Assembly (NCBI GenBank): GCA_964057225.1
Contig: OZ059896.1
Span: 806,001 to 870,000, forward strand
Source of the DNA: Auanema rhodensis
Lineage: Eukaryota > Animalia > Nematoda
Reading direction: 5' to 3'
DNA length: 64,000 nucleotides
Position numbers and translations under genes: made by a program. This document shows positions 1 through 13,376 of the stretch, in pieces. The first letter of the stretch is position 1. Every line of letters begins with the position of its first letter. A model generated the notes under the pieces. The model had not been told where the DNA came from. It saw only the letters and a program-made list of their open reading frames with translations, and made no database searches.

Positions 1-38
1 TTAATTAGCATAAATTAAAGTTCACGTAAATTTCAAAG

Positions 39-53
39 TCATGGTTACCATGA
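39..53. other. 15-bp dyad TCATGGT-N-ACCATGA, present in essentially every monomer (positions 39-53)
   Basis: Perfect 7-bp arms around one central base. The common GGTGACC allele changes only the centre; the common A53C allele removes only the outer pair. Confidence 0.9.
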
Positions 54-131
54 ACCAATATCAATAAAAATTTGTTTTTAGACTAATATGGACATGGGGA
101 ATCTAATTTTGAAAACCGCATCTCTTTATCT

Positions 132-141
132 TTCACGTGAA
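132..141. other. 10-bp palindrome TTCACGTGAA (E-box core CACGTG) in most monomers; second E-box ATCACGTG at monomer positions 164-171
   Basis: Direct reading; motif presence is certain, protein binding is unproven. Confidence 0.85.
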
Positions 142-3100
142 GCGAGTTACATACCAAGTGCACATGACGTGTACATTTAATTAGCATAAATTAAAGTTCA
201 CGTAAATTTCAAAGTCATGGTTACCATGAACCAATATCAATAACAATTTGTTTTTAGACTAATATGGACATGGGGAATCTAATTTTGAAAACCGCATCTC
301 TTTATCTTTCACGTGAAGCGAGTTACATACCAAGTGCACATCACGTGTACATTTAATTAGCATAAATTAAAGTTCACGTAAATTTCAAAGTCATGGTGAC
401 CATGAACCAATATCAATAAAAATTTGTTTTTAGACTAAAATGGACATGGGGAATCTAATTTTGAAAACCGCATCTCTTTATCTTTCACGTGAAGCGAGTT
501 ACATACCAAGTGCACATCACGTGTACATTTAATTAGCATAAATTAAAGTTCACGTAAATTTCAAAGTCATGGTTACCATGAACCAATATCAATAAAAATT
601 TGTAATTAGACTAATATGGACATGGGGAATCTAATTTTGGAAACCGCATCTCTTTATCTTTCACGTGAAGCGAGTTACATACCAAGTGCACATCACGTGT
701 ACATTTAATTAGCATAAATTAAAGTTCACGTAAATTTCAAAGTCATGGTTACCATGAACCAATATCAATAAAAATTTGTTTTTAGACTAATATGGACATG
801 GGGAATCTGATTTTGAAAACCGCATCTCTTTATCTTTCACGTGAAGCGAGTTACATACCAAGTGCACATCACGTGTACATTTAATTAGCATAAATTACAG
901 TTCACGTAAATTTCAAAGTCATGGTTACCATGAACCAGTATCAATAAAAATTTGTTTTTAGACTAATATGGACATGGGAAATCTAATTTTGAAAACCGCA
1001 TCTCTTTATCTTTCACGTGAAGCGAGTTACATACCAAGTGCACATCACGTGTACATTTAATTAGTGTAAATTAAAGTTCACGTAAATTTCAAAGTCATGG
1101 TTACCATGAACCAGTATCAATAAAAATTTGTTTTTAGACTAATATGGACATGGGAAATCTAATTTTGAAAACCGCATCTCTTTATCTTTTACGTGAAGCT
1201 AGTTACATACCAAGTGCACATCACGTGTACATTTAATTAGCATAAATTAAAGTTCACGTAAATTTCAAAGTCATGGTTACCATGAACCAGTATCAATAAA
1301 AATTTGTTTTTAGACTAATATGGACATGGGAAATCTAATTTTGAAAACCGCATCTCTTTATCTTTTACGTGAAGCTAGTTACATACCAAGTGCACATCAC
1401 GTGTACATTTAATTAGCATAAATTAAAGTTCACGTAAATTTCAAAGTCATGGTTACCATGCACCAATATCAATAAAAATTTGTTTTTAGACTAATATGGA
1501 CATGGGGAATCTAATTTTGAAAACCGCATCTCTTTATCTTTCACGTGAAGCGAGTTACATACCAAGTGCACATGACGTGTACATTTAATTAGCATAAATT
1601 AAAGTTCACGTAAATTTCAAAGTCATGGTTACCATGAACCAATATCAATAAAAATTTGTTTTTAGACTAATATGGACATGGGGAATCTAATTTTGAAAAC
1701 CGCATCTCTTTATCTTTCACGTGAAGCGAGTTACATACCAAGTGCACATCACGTGTACATTTAATTAGCATAAATTAAAGTTCACGTAAATTTCAAAGTC
1801 ATGGTTACCATGAACCAATATCAATAAAAATTTGTTTTTAGACTAATATGGACATGGGAAATCTAATTTTGAAAACCGCATCTCTTTATCTTTTACGTGA
1901 AGCGAGTTACATACCAAGTGCACATCACGTGTACATTTAATTAGCATAAATTAAAGTTCACGTAAATTTCAAAGTCATGGTTACCATGAACCAGTATCAA
2001 TAAAAATTTGTTTTTAGACTAATATGGACATGGGAAATCTAATTTTGAAAACCGCATCTCTTTATCTTTTACGTGAAGCTAGTTACATACCAAGTGCACA
2101 TCACGTGTACATTTAATTAGCATAAATTAAAGTTCACGTAAATTTCAAAGTCATGGTTACCATGAACCAGTATCAATAAAAATTTGTTTTTAGACTAATA
2201 TGGACATGGGAAATCTAATTTTGAAAACCGCATCTCTTTATCTTTTACGTGAAGCTAGTTACATACCAAGTGCACATCACGTGTACATTTAATTAGCATA
2301 AATTAAAGTTCACGTAAATTTCAAAGTCATGGTTACCATGAACCAATATCAATAAAAATTTGTTTTTAGACTAATATGGACATGGGGAATCTAATTTTGA
2401 AAACCGCATCTCTTTATCTTTCACGTGAAGCGAGTTACATACCAAGTGCACATGACGTGTACATTTAATTAGCATAAATTAAAGTTCACGTAAATTTCAA
2501 AGTCATGGTTACCATGAACCAATATCAATAACAATTTGTTTTTAGACTAATATGGACATGGGGAATCTAATTTTGAAAACCGCATCTCTTTATCTTTCAC
2601 GTGAAGCGAGTTACATACCAAGTGCACATCACGTGTACATTTAATTAGCATAAATTAAAGTTCACGTAAATTTCAAAGTCATGGTGACCATGAACCAATA
2701 TCAATAAAAATTTGTTTTTAGACTAAAATGGACATGGGGAATCTAATTTTGAAAACCGCATCTCTTTATCTTTCACGTGAAGCGAGTTACATACCAAGTG
2801 CACATCACGTGTACATTTAATTAGCATAAATTAAAGTTCACGTAAATTTCAAAGTCATGGTTACCATGAACCAATATCAATAAAAATTTGTAATTAGACT
2901 AATATGGACATGGGGAATCTAATTTTGGAAACCGCATCTCTTTATCTTTCACGTGAAGCGAGTTACATACCAAGTGCACATCACGTGTACATTTAATTAG
3001 CATAAATTAAAGTTCACGTAAATTTCAAAGTCATGGTTACCATGCACCAATATCAATAACAATTTGTTTTTAGACTAATATGGACATAGGGAATCTAATT

Positions 3101-6100
3101 TTGAAAACCGCATCTCTTTATCTTTCACGTGAAGCGAGTTACATACCAAGTGCACATCACGTGTACATTTAATTAGCATAAATTAAAGTTCACGTAAATT
3201 TCAAAGTCATGGTTACCATGAACCAATATCAATAAAAATTTGTTTTTAGACTAATATGGACATGGGGAATCTAATTTTGAAAACCGCATCTCTTTATCTT
3301 TCACGTGAAACGAGTTACATACCAAGTGCACATCACGTATACATTTAATTAGCATAAATTAAAGTTCACGTAAATTTCAAAGTCATGGTTACCATGCACC
3401 AATATCAATAAAAATTTGTTTTTAGACTAACATGGACATGGGGAATCTGATTTTGAAAACCGCATCTCTTTATCTTTCACGTGAAGCGAGTTACATACCA
3501 AGTGCACATCACGTGTACATTTAATTAGCATAAATTAAAGTTCACGTAAATTTCAAAGTCATGGTTACCATGAACCAATATCAATAAAAATTTGTTTTTA
3601 GACTAATATGGACATGGGGAATCTGATTTTGAAAACCGCATCTCTTTATCTTTCACGTGAAGCGAGTTACATACCAAGTGCACATCACGTGTACATTTAA
3701 TTAGCATAAATTAAAGTTCACGTAAATTTCAAAGTCATGGTTACCATGAACCAATATCAATAAAAATTTGTTTTTAGACTAATATGGACATGGGAAATCT
3801 AATTTTGAAAACCGCATCTCTTTATCTTTTACGTGAAGCGAGTTACATACCAAGTGCACATCACGTGTACATTTAATTAGTATAAATTAAAGTTCACGTA
3901 AATTTCAAAGTCATGGTTACCATGAACCAGTATCAATAAAAATTTGTTTTTAGACTAATATGGACATGGGAAATCTAATTTTGAAAACCGCATCTCTTTA
4001 TCTTTTACGTGAAGCTAGTTACATACCAAGTGCACATCACGTGTACATTTAATTAGCATAAATTAAAGTTCACGTAAATTTCAAAGTCATGGTTACCATG
4101 AACCAGTATCAATAAAAATTTGTTTTTAGACTAATATGGACATGGGGAATCTAATTTTGAAAACCGCATCTCTTTATCTTTCACGTGAAACGAGTTACAT
4201 ACCAAGTGCACATCACGTATACATTTAATTAGCATAAATTAAAGTTCACGTAAATTTCAAAGTCATGGTTACCATGAACCAATATCAATAAAAATTTGTT
4301 TTTAGACTAATATGGACATGGGGAATCTAATTTTGAAAACCGCATCTCTTTATCTTTCACGTGAAACGAGTTACATACCAAGTGCACATCACGTGTACAT
4401 TTAATTAGCATAAATTAAAGTTCACGTAAATTTCAAAGTCATGGTTACCATGCACCAATATCAATAAAAATTTGTTTTTAGACTAATATGGACATGGGGA
4501 ATCTGATTTTGAAAACCGCATCTCTTTATCTTTCACGTGAAGCGAGTTACATACCAAGTGCACATCACGTGTACATTTAATTAGCATAAATTAAAGTTCA
4601 CGTAAATTTCAAAGTCATGGTTACCATGAACCAATATCAATAAAAATTTGTTTTTAGACTAATATGGACATGGGGAATCTGATTTTGAAAACCGCATCTC
4701 TTTATCTTTCACGTGAAGCGAGTTACATACCAAGTGCACATCACGTGTACATTTAATTAGCATAAATTAAAGTTCACGTAAATTTCAAAGTCATGGTTAC
4801 CATGCACCAATATCAATAAAAATTTGTTTTTAGACTAATATGGACATGGGGAATCTGATTTTGAAAACCGCATCTCTTTATCTTTCACGTGAAGCGAGTT
4901 ACATACCAAGTGCACATCACGTGTACATTTAATTAGCATAAATTAAAGTTCACGTAAATTTCAAAGTCATGGTTACCATGAACCAATATCAATAAAAATT
5001 TGTTTTTAGACTAATATGGACATGGGGAATCTGATTTTGAAAACCGCATCTCTTTATCTTTCACGTGAAGCGAGTTACATACCAAGTGCACATCACGTGT
5101 ACATTTAATTAGCATAAATTAAAGTTCACGTAAATTTCAAAGTCATGGTTACCATGAACCAGTATCAATAAAAATTTGTTTTTAGACTAATATGGACATG
5201 GGAAATCTAATTTTGAAAACCGCATCTCTTTATCTTTTACGTGAAGCGAGTTACATACCAAGTGCACATCACGTGTACATTTAATTAGTATAAATTAAAG
5301 TTCACGTAAATTTCAAAGTCATGGTTACCATGAACCAGTATCAATAAAAATTTGTTTTTAGACTAATATGGACATGGGAAATCTAATTTTGAAAACCGCA
5401 TCTCTTTATCTTTTACGTGAAGCTAGTTACATACCAAGTGCACATCACGTGTACATTTAATTAGCATAAATTAAAGTTCACGTAAATTTCAAAGTCATGG
5501 TTACCATGAACAAGTATCAATAGAAATTTGTTTTTAGACTAATATGGACATGGGAAATCTAATTTTGAAAACCGCATCTCTTTATCTTTTACGTGAAGCT
5601 AGTTACATACCAAGTGCACATCACGTGTACATTTAATTAGCATAAATTAAAGTTCACGTAAATTTCAAAGTCATGGTTACCATGCACCAATATCAATAAA
5701 AATTTGTTTTTAGACTAATATGGACATGGGGAATCTAATTTTGAAAACCGCATCTCTTTATCTTTCACGTGAAGCGAGTTACATACCAAGTGCACATGAC
5801 GTGTACATTTAATTAGCATAAATTAAAGTTCACGTAAATTTCAAAGTCATGGTTACCATGAACCAATATCAATAACAATTTGTTTTTAGACTAATATGGA
5901 CATGGGGAATCTAATTTTGAAAACCGCATCTCTTTATCTTTCACGTGAAGCGAGTTACATACCAAGTGCACATCACGTGTACATTTAATTAGCATAAATT
6001 AAAGTTCACGTAAATTTCAAAGTCACGGTTACCATGAACCAATATCAATAAAAATTTGTTTTTAGACTAATATGGACATGGGAAATCTAATTTTGAAAAC

Positions 6101-9100
6101 CGCATCTCTGTATCTTTTACGTGAAGCGAGTTACATACCAAGTGCACATCACGTGTACATTTAATTAGCATAAATTAAAGTTCACGTAAATTTCAAAGTC
6201 ATGGTTACCATGAACCAGTATCAATAAAAATTTGTTTTTAGACTAATATGAACATGGGAAATCTAATTTTGAAAACCGCATCTCTTTATCTTTTACGTGA
6301 AGCTAGTTACATACCAAGTGCACATCACGTGTACATTTAATTAGCATAAATTAAAGTTCACGTAAATTTCAAAGTCATGGTTACCATGAACCAGTATCAA
6401 TAAAAATTTGTTTTTAGACTAATATGGACATGGGAAATCTAATTTTGAAAACCGCATCTCTTTATCTTTTACGTGAAGCTAGTTACATACCAAGTGCACA
6501 TCACGTGTACATTTAATTAGCATAAATTAAAGTTCACGTAAATTTCAAAGTCATGGTTACCATGCACCAATATCAATAAAAATTTGTTTTTAGACTAATA
6601 TGGACATGGGGAATCTAATTTTGAAAACCGCATCTCTTTATCTTTCACGTGAAGCGAGTTACATACCAAGTGCACATGACGTGTACATTTAATTAGCATA
6701 AATTAAAGTTCACGTAAATTTCAAAGTCATGGTTACCATGAACCAATATCAATAACAATTTGTTTTTAGACTAATATGGACATGGGGAATCTAATTTTGA
6801 AAACCGCATCTCTTTATCTTTCACGTGAAGCGAGTTACATACCAAGTGCACATCACGTGTACATTTAATTAGCATAAATTAAAGTTCACGTAAATTTCAA
6901 AGTCATGGTTACCATGCACCAATATCAATAAAAATTTGTTTTTAGACTAATATGGACATGGGGAATCTAATTTTGAAAACCGCATCTCTTTATCTTTCAC
7001 GTGAAGCGAGTTACATACCAAGTGCACATCACGTGTACATTTAATTAGCATAAATTAAAGTTCACGTAAATTTCAAAGTCATGGTTACCATGAACCAATA
7101 TCAATAAAAATTTGTAATTAGACTAATATGGACATGGGGAATCTAATTTTGGAAACCGCATCTCTTTATCTTTCACGTGAAGCGAGTTACATACCAAGTG
7201 CACATCACGTGTACATTTAATTAGCATAAATTAAAGTTCACGTAAATTTCAAAGTCATGGTTACCATGAACCAATATCAATAAAAATTTGTAATTAGACT
7301 AATATGGACATGGGGAATCTAATTTTGGAAACCGCATCTCTTTATCTTTCACGTGAAGCGAGTTACATACCAAGTGCACATCACGTGTACATTTAATTAG
7401 CATAAATTAAAGTTCACGTAAATTTCAAAGTCATGGTTACCATGCACCAATATCAATAAAAATTTGTTTTTAGACTAATATGGACATGGGGAATCTAATT
7501 TTGAAAACCGCATCTCTTTATCTTTCACGTGAAGCGAGTTACATACCAAGTGCACATCACGTGTACATTTAATTAGCATAAATTAAAGTTCACGTAAATT
7601 TCAAAGTCATGGTTACCATGAACCAATATCAATAAAAATTTGTTTTTAGACTAATATGGACATGGGGAATCTAATTTCGAAAACCGCATCTCTTTATCTT
7701 TCACGTGAAGCGAGTTACATACCAAGTGCACATCACGTGTACATTTAATTAGCATAAATTAAAGTTCACGTAAATTTCAAAGTCATGGTTACCATGCACC
7801 AATATCAATAACAATTTGTTTTTAGACTAATATGGACATAGGGAATCTAATTTTGAAAACCGCATCTCTTTATCTTTCACGTGAAGCGAGTTACATACCA
7901 AGTGCACATCACGTGTACATTTAATTAGCATAAATTAAAGTTCACGTAAATTTCAAAGTCATGGTTACCATGAACCAATATCAATAAAAATTTGTTTTTG
8001 GACTAATATGGACATGGGGAATCTAATTTTGAAAACCGCATCTCTTTATCTTTCATGTGAAACGAGTTACATACCAAGTGCACATCACGTGTACATTTAA
8101 TTAGCATAAATTAAAGTTCACGTAAATTTCAAAGTCATGGTTACCATGAACCAGTATCAATAAAAATTTGTTTTTAGACTAATATGGACATGGGAAATCT
8201 AATTTTGAAAACCGCATCTCTTTATCTTTCACGTGAAGCGAGTTACATACCAAGTGCACATCACGTGTACATTTAATTAGCATAAATTAAAGTTCACGTA
8301 AATTTCAAAGTCATGGTTACCATGAACCAATATCAATAAAAATTTGTTTTTAGACTAATATGGACATGGGGAATCTAATTTTGAAAACCGCATCTCTTTA
8401 TCTTTCACGTGAAGCGAGTTACATACCAAGTGCACATCACGTGTACATTTAATTAGCATAAATTAAAGTTCACGTAAATTTCAAAGTCATGGTTACCATG
8501 CACCAATATCAATAACAATTTGTTTTTAGACTAATATGGACATAGGGAATCTAATTTTGAAAACCGCATCTCTTTATCTTTTACGTGAAGCGAGTTACAT
8601 ACCAAGTGCACATCACGTGTACATTTAATTAGTATAAATTAAAGTTCACGTAAATTTCAAAGTCATGGTTACCATGAACCAGTATCAATAAAAATTTGTT
8701 TTTAGACTAATATGGACATGGGAAATCTAATTTTGAAAACCGCATCTCTTTATCTTTTACGTGAAGCTAGTTACATACCAAGTGCACATCACGTGTACAT
8801 TTAATTAGCATAAATTAAAGTTCACGTAAATTTCAAAGTCATGGTTACCATGAACCAATATCAATAAAAATTTGTTTTTAGACTAATATGGACATGGGGA
8901 ATCTAATTTTGAAAACCGCATCTCTTTATCTTTCATGTGAAACGAGTTACATACCAAGTGCACATCACGTGTACATTTAATTAGCATAAATTAAAGTTCA
9001 CGTAAATTTCAAAGTTATGGTTACCATGCACCAATATCAATAAAAATTTGTTTTTAGACTAATATGGACATGGGGAATCTGATTTTGAAAACCGCATCTC

Positions 9101-11264
9101 TTTATCTTTCACGTGAAGCGAGTTACATACCAAGTGCACATCACGTGTACATTTAATTAGCATAAATTAAAGTTCACGTAAATTTCAAAGTCATGGTTAC
9201 CATGAACCAATATCAATAAAAATTTGTTTTTAGACTAATATGGACATGGGGAATCTGATTTTGAAAACCGCATCTCTTTATCTTTCACGTGAAGCGAGTT
9301 ACATACCAAGTGCACATCACGTGTACATTTAATTAGCATAAATTAAAGTTCACGTAAATTTCAAAGTCATGGTTACCATGAACCAGTATCAATAAAAATT
9401 TGTTTTTAGACTAATATGGACATGGGAAATCTAATTTTGAAAACCGCATCTCTTTATCTTTTACGTGAAGCGAGTTACATACCAAGTGCACATCACGTGT
9501 ACATTTAATTAGTATAAATTAAAGTTCACGTAAATTTCAAAGTCATGGTTACCATGAACCAGTATCAATAAAAATTTGTTTTTAGACTAATATGGACATG
9601 GGAAATCTAATTTTGAAAACCGCATCTCTTTATCTTTTACGTGAAGCTAGTTACATACCAAGTGCACATCACGTGTACATTTAATTAGCATAAATTAAAG
9701 TTCACGTAAATTTCAAAGTCATGGTTACCATGAACCAGTATCAATAAAAATTTGTTTTTAGACTAATATGGACATGGGAAATCTAATTTTGAAAACCGCA
9801 TCTCTTTATCTTTTACGTGAAGCTAGTTACATACCAAGTGCACATCACGTGTACATTTAATTAGCATAAATTAAAGTTCACGTAAATTTCAAAGTCATGG
9901 TTACCATGCACCAATATCAATAAAAATTTGTTTTTAGACTAATATGGACATGGGGAATCTAATTTTGAAAACCGCATCTCTTTATCTTTCACGTGAAGCG
10001 AGTTACATACCAAGTGCACATGACGTGTACATTTAATTAGCATAAATTAAAGTTCACGTAAATTTCAAAGTCATGGTTACCATGAACCAATATCAATAAC
10101 AATTTGTTTTTAGACTAATATGGACATGGGGAATCTAATTTTGAAAACCGCATCTCTTTATCTTTCACGTGAAGCGAGTTACATACCAAGTGCACATCAC
10201 GTGTACATTTAATTAGCATAAATTAAAGTTCACGTAAATTTGAAAGTCATGGTGACCATGAACCAATATCAATAAAAATTTGTTTTTAGACTAATATGGA
10301 CATGGGGAATCTAATTTTGAAAACCGCATCTCTTTATCTTTCACGTGAAGCGAGTTACATACCAAGTGCACATCACGTGTACATTTAATTAGCATAAATT
10401 AAAGTTCACGTAAATTTCAAAGTCATGGTTACCATGAACCAATATCAATAAAAATTTGTAATTAGACTAATATGGACATGGGGAATCTAATTTTGGAAAC
10501 CGCATCTCTTTATCTTTCACGTCAAGCGAGTTACATACCAAGTGCACATCACGTGTACATTTAATTAGCATAAATTAAAGTTCACGTAAATTTCAAAGTC
10601 ATGGTTACCATGAACCAATATCAATAAAAATTTGTTTTTAGACTAATATGGACATGGGAAATCTAATTTTGAAAACCGCATCTCTTTATCTTTCACGTGA
10701 AGCGAGTTACATACCAAGTGCACATCACGTGTACATTTAATTAGTATAAATTAAAGTTCACGTAAATTTCAAAGTCATGGTTACCATGAACCAGTATCAA
10801 TAAAAATTTGTTTTTAGACTAATATGGACATGGGAAATCTAATTTTGAAAACCGCATCTCTTTATCTTTTACGTGAAGCTAGTTACATACCAAGTGCACA
10901 TCACGTGTACATTTAATTAGCATAAATTAAAGTTCACGTAAATTTCAAAGTCATGGTTACCATGCACCAATATCAATAAAAATTTGTTTTTAGACTAATA
11001 TGGACATGGGGAATCTAATTTTGAAAACCGCATCTCTTTATCTTTCACGTGAAGCGAGTTACATACCAAGTGCACATCACGTGTACATTTAATTAGCATA
11101 AATTAAAGTTCACGTAAATTTCAAAGTCATGGTTACCATGAACCAATATCAATAAAAATTTGTTTTTAGACTAATATGGACATGGGGAATCTAATTTTGA
11201 AAACCGCATCTCTTTATCTTTCACGTGAAGCGAGTTACATACCAAGTGCACATCACGTGTACAT

Positions 11265-13376
11265 TTAATTAGCATAAATTAAAGTTCACGTAAATTTCAA
11301 AGTCATGGTTACCATGAACCAATATCAATAAAAATTTGTTTTTAGACTAAAATGGACATGGGGAATCTAATTTTGAAAATCGCATCTCTTTATCTTTCAC
11401 GTGAAGCGAGTTACATACCAAGTGCACATCACGTGTACATTTAATTAGCATAAATTAAAGTTCACGTAAATTTCAAAGTCATGGTTACCATGAACCAATA
11501 TCAATAAAAATTTGTTTTTAGACTAATATGGACATGGGGAATCTAATTTCGAAAACCGCATCTCTTTATCTTTCACGTGAAGCGAGTTACATACCAAGTG
11601 CACATCACGTGTACATTTAATTAGCATAAATTAAAGTTCACGTAAATTTCAAAGTCATGGTTACCATGAACCAATATCAATAAAAATTTGTTTTTAGACT
11701 AATATGGACATGGGAAATCTAATTTTGAAAACCGCATCTCTTTATCTTTTACGTGAAGCGAGTTACATACCAAGTGCACATCACGTGTACATTTAATTAG
11801 CATAAATTAAAGTTCACGTAAATTTCAAAGTCATGGTTACCATGCACCAATATCAATAACAATTTGTTTTTAGACTAATATGGACATAGGGAATCTAATT
11901 TTGAAAACCGCATCTCTTTATCTTTCACGTGAAGCGAGTTACATACCAAGTGCACATCACGTGTACATTTAATTAGTATAAATTAAAGTTCACGTAAATT
12001 TCAAAGTCATGGTTACCATGAACCAGTATCAATAAAAATTTGTTTTTAGACTAATATGGACATGGGAAATCTAATTTTGAAAACCGCATCTCTTTATCTT
12101 TTACGTGAAGCTAGTTACATACCAAGTGCACATCACGTGTACATTTAATTAGCATAAATTAAAGTTCACGTAAATTTCAAAGTCATGGTTACCATGCACC
12201 AATATCAATAAAAATTTGTTTTTAGACTAATATGGACATGGGGAATCTAATTTTGAAAACCGCATCTCTTTATCTTTCACGTGAAGCGAGTTACATACCA
12301 AGTGCACATCACGTGTACATTTAATTAGCATAAATTAAAGTTCACGTAAATTTCAAAGTCATGGTTACCATGAACCAATATCAATAAAAAATTGTTTTTA
12401 GACTAAAATGGACATGGGGAATCTAATTTTGAAAATCGCATCTCTTTATCTTTCACGTGAAGCGAGTTACATACCAAGTGCACATCACGTGTACATTTAA
12501 TTAGCATAAATTAAAGTTCACGTAAATTTCAAAGTCATGGTTACCATGAACCAATATCAATAAAAATTTGTTTTTAGACTAATATGGACATGGGGAATCT
12601 AATTTCGAAAACCGCATCTCTTTATCTTTCACGTGAAGCGAGTTACATACCAAGTGCACATCACGTGTACATTTAATTAGCATAAATTAAAGTTCACGTA
12701 AATTTCAAAGTCATGGTTACCATGAACCAATATCAATAAAAATTTGTTTTTAGACTAATATGGACATGGGAAATCTAATTTTGAAAACCGCATCTCTTTA
12801 TCTTTTACGTGAAGCGAGTTACATACCAAGTGCACATCACGTGTACATTTAATTAGCATAAATTAAAGTTCACGTAAATTTCAAAGTCATGGTTACCATG
12901 CACCAATATCAATAACAATTTGTTTTTAGACTAATATGGACATAGGGAATCTAATTTTGAAAACCGCATCTCTTTATCTTTCACGTGAAGCGAGTTACAT
13001 ACCAAGTGCACATCACGTGTACATTTAATTAGTATAAATTAAAGTTCACGTAAATTTCAAAGTCATGGTTACCATGAACCAGTATCAATAAAAATTTGTT
13101 TTTAGACTAATATGGACATGGGAAATCTAATTTTGAAAACCGCATCTCTTTATCTTTTACGTGAAGCTAGTTACATACCAAGTGCACATCACGTGTACAT
13201 TTAATTAGCATAAATTAAAGTTCACGTAAATTTCAAAGTCATGGTTACCATGCACCAATATCAATAAAAATTTGTTTTTAGACTAATATGGACATGGGGA
13301 ATCTAATTTTGAAAACCGCATCTCTTTATCTTTCACGTGAAGCGAGTTACATACCAAGTGCACATGACGTGTACAT
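11265..13376. repeat. 6-monomer (1056 bp) tandem block duplication: 11265-12320 / 12321-13376
   Basis: Rare AAAATGG+AAAATCGC unit at 11265 and 12321; TTTCGAA unit at 11441 and 12497; following units match in order. Confidence 0.85.

Larger units (their letters stand above)
1..176 (+). repeat. Representative 176-bp monomer (differs from consensus only by C166G); consensus has 56/176 G+C and 5 CpG
   Basis: Direct reading and base count; the next unit starts at 177 (GTACAT|TTAATTAGC). Confidence 0.97.

Noticed and set aside
66-79. AAAAATTTGTTTTT as an intrinsic terminator, or AATAAA as a polyadenylation signal
   Set aside because: No GC-rich stem and no upstream gene; such motifs are expected by chance in AT-rich satellite.
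1-176. Assignment to known ~171-178 bp satellites (primate alpha satellite, Arabidopsis CEN178, Brassica CentBr 176 bp, honeybee AluI 176 bp)
   Set aside because: Only the length is similar. I recognise no diagnostic sequence of those families, there is no canonical CENP-B box, and the AluI site occurs only in a minority allele. A database search is needed.
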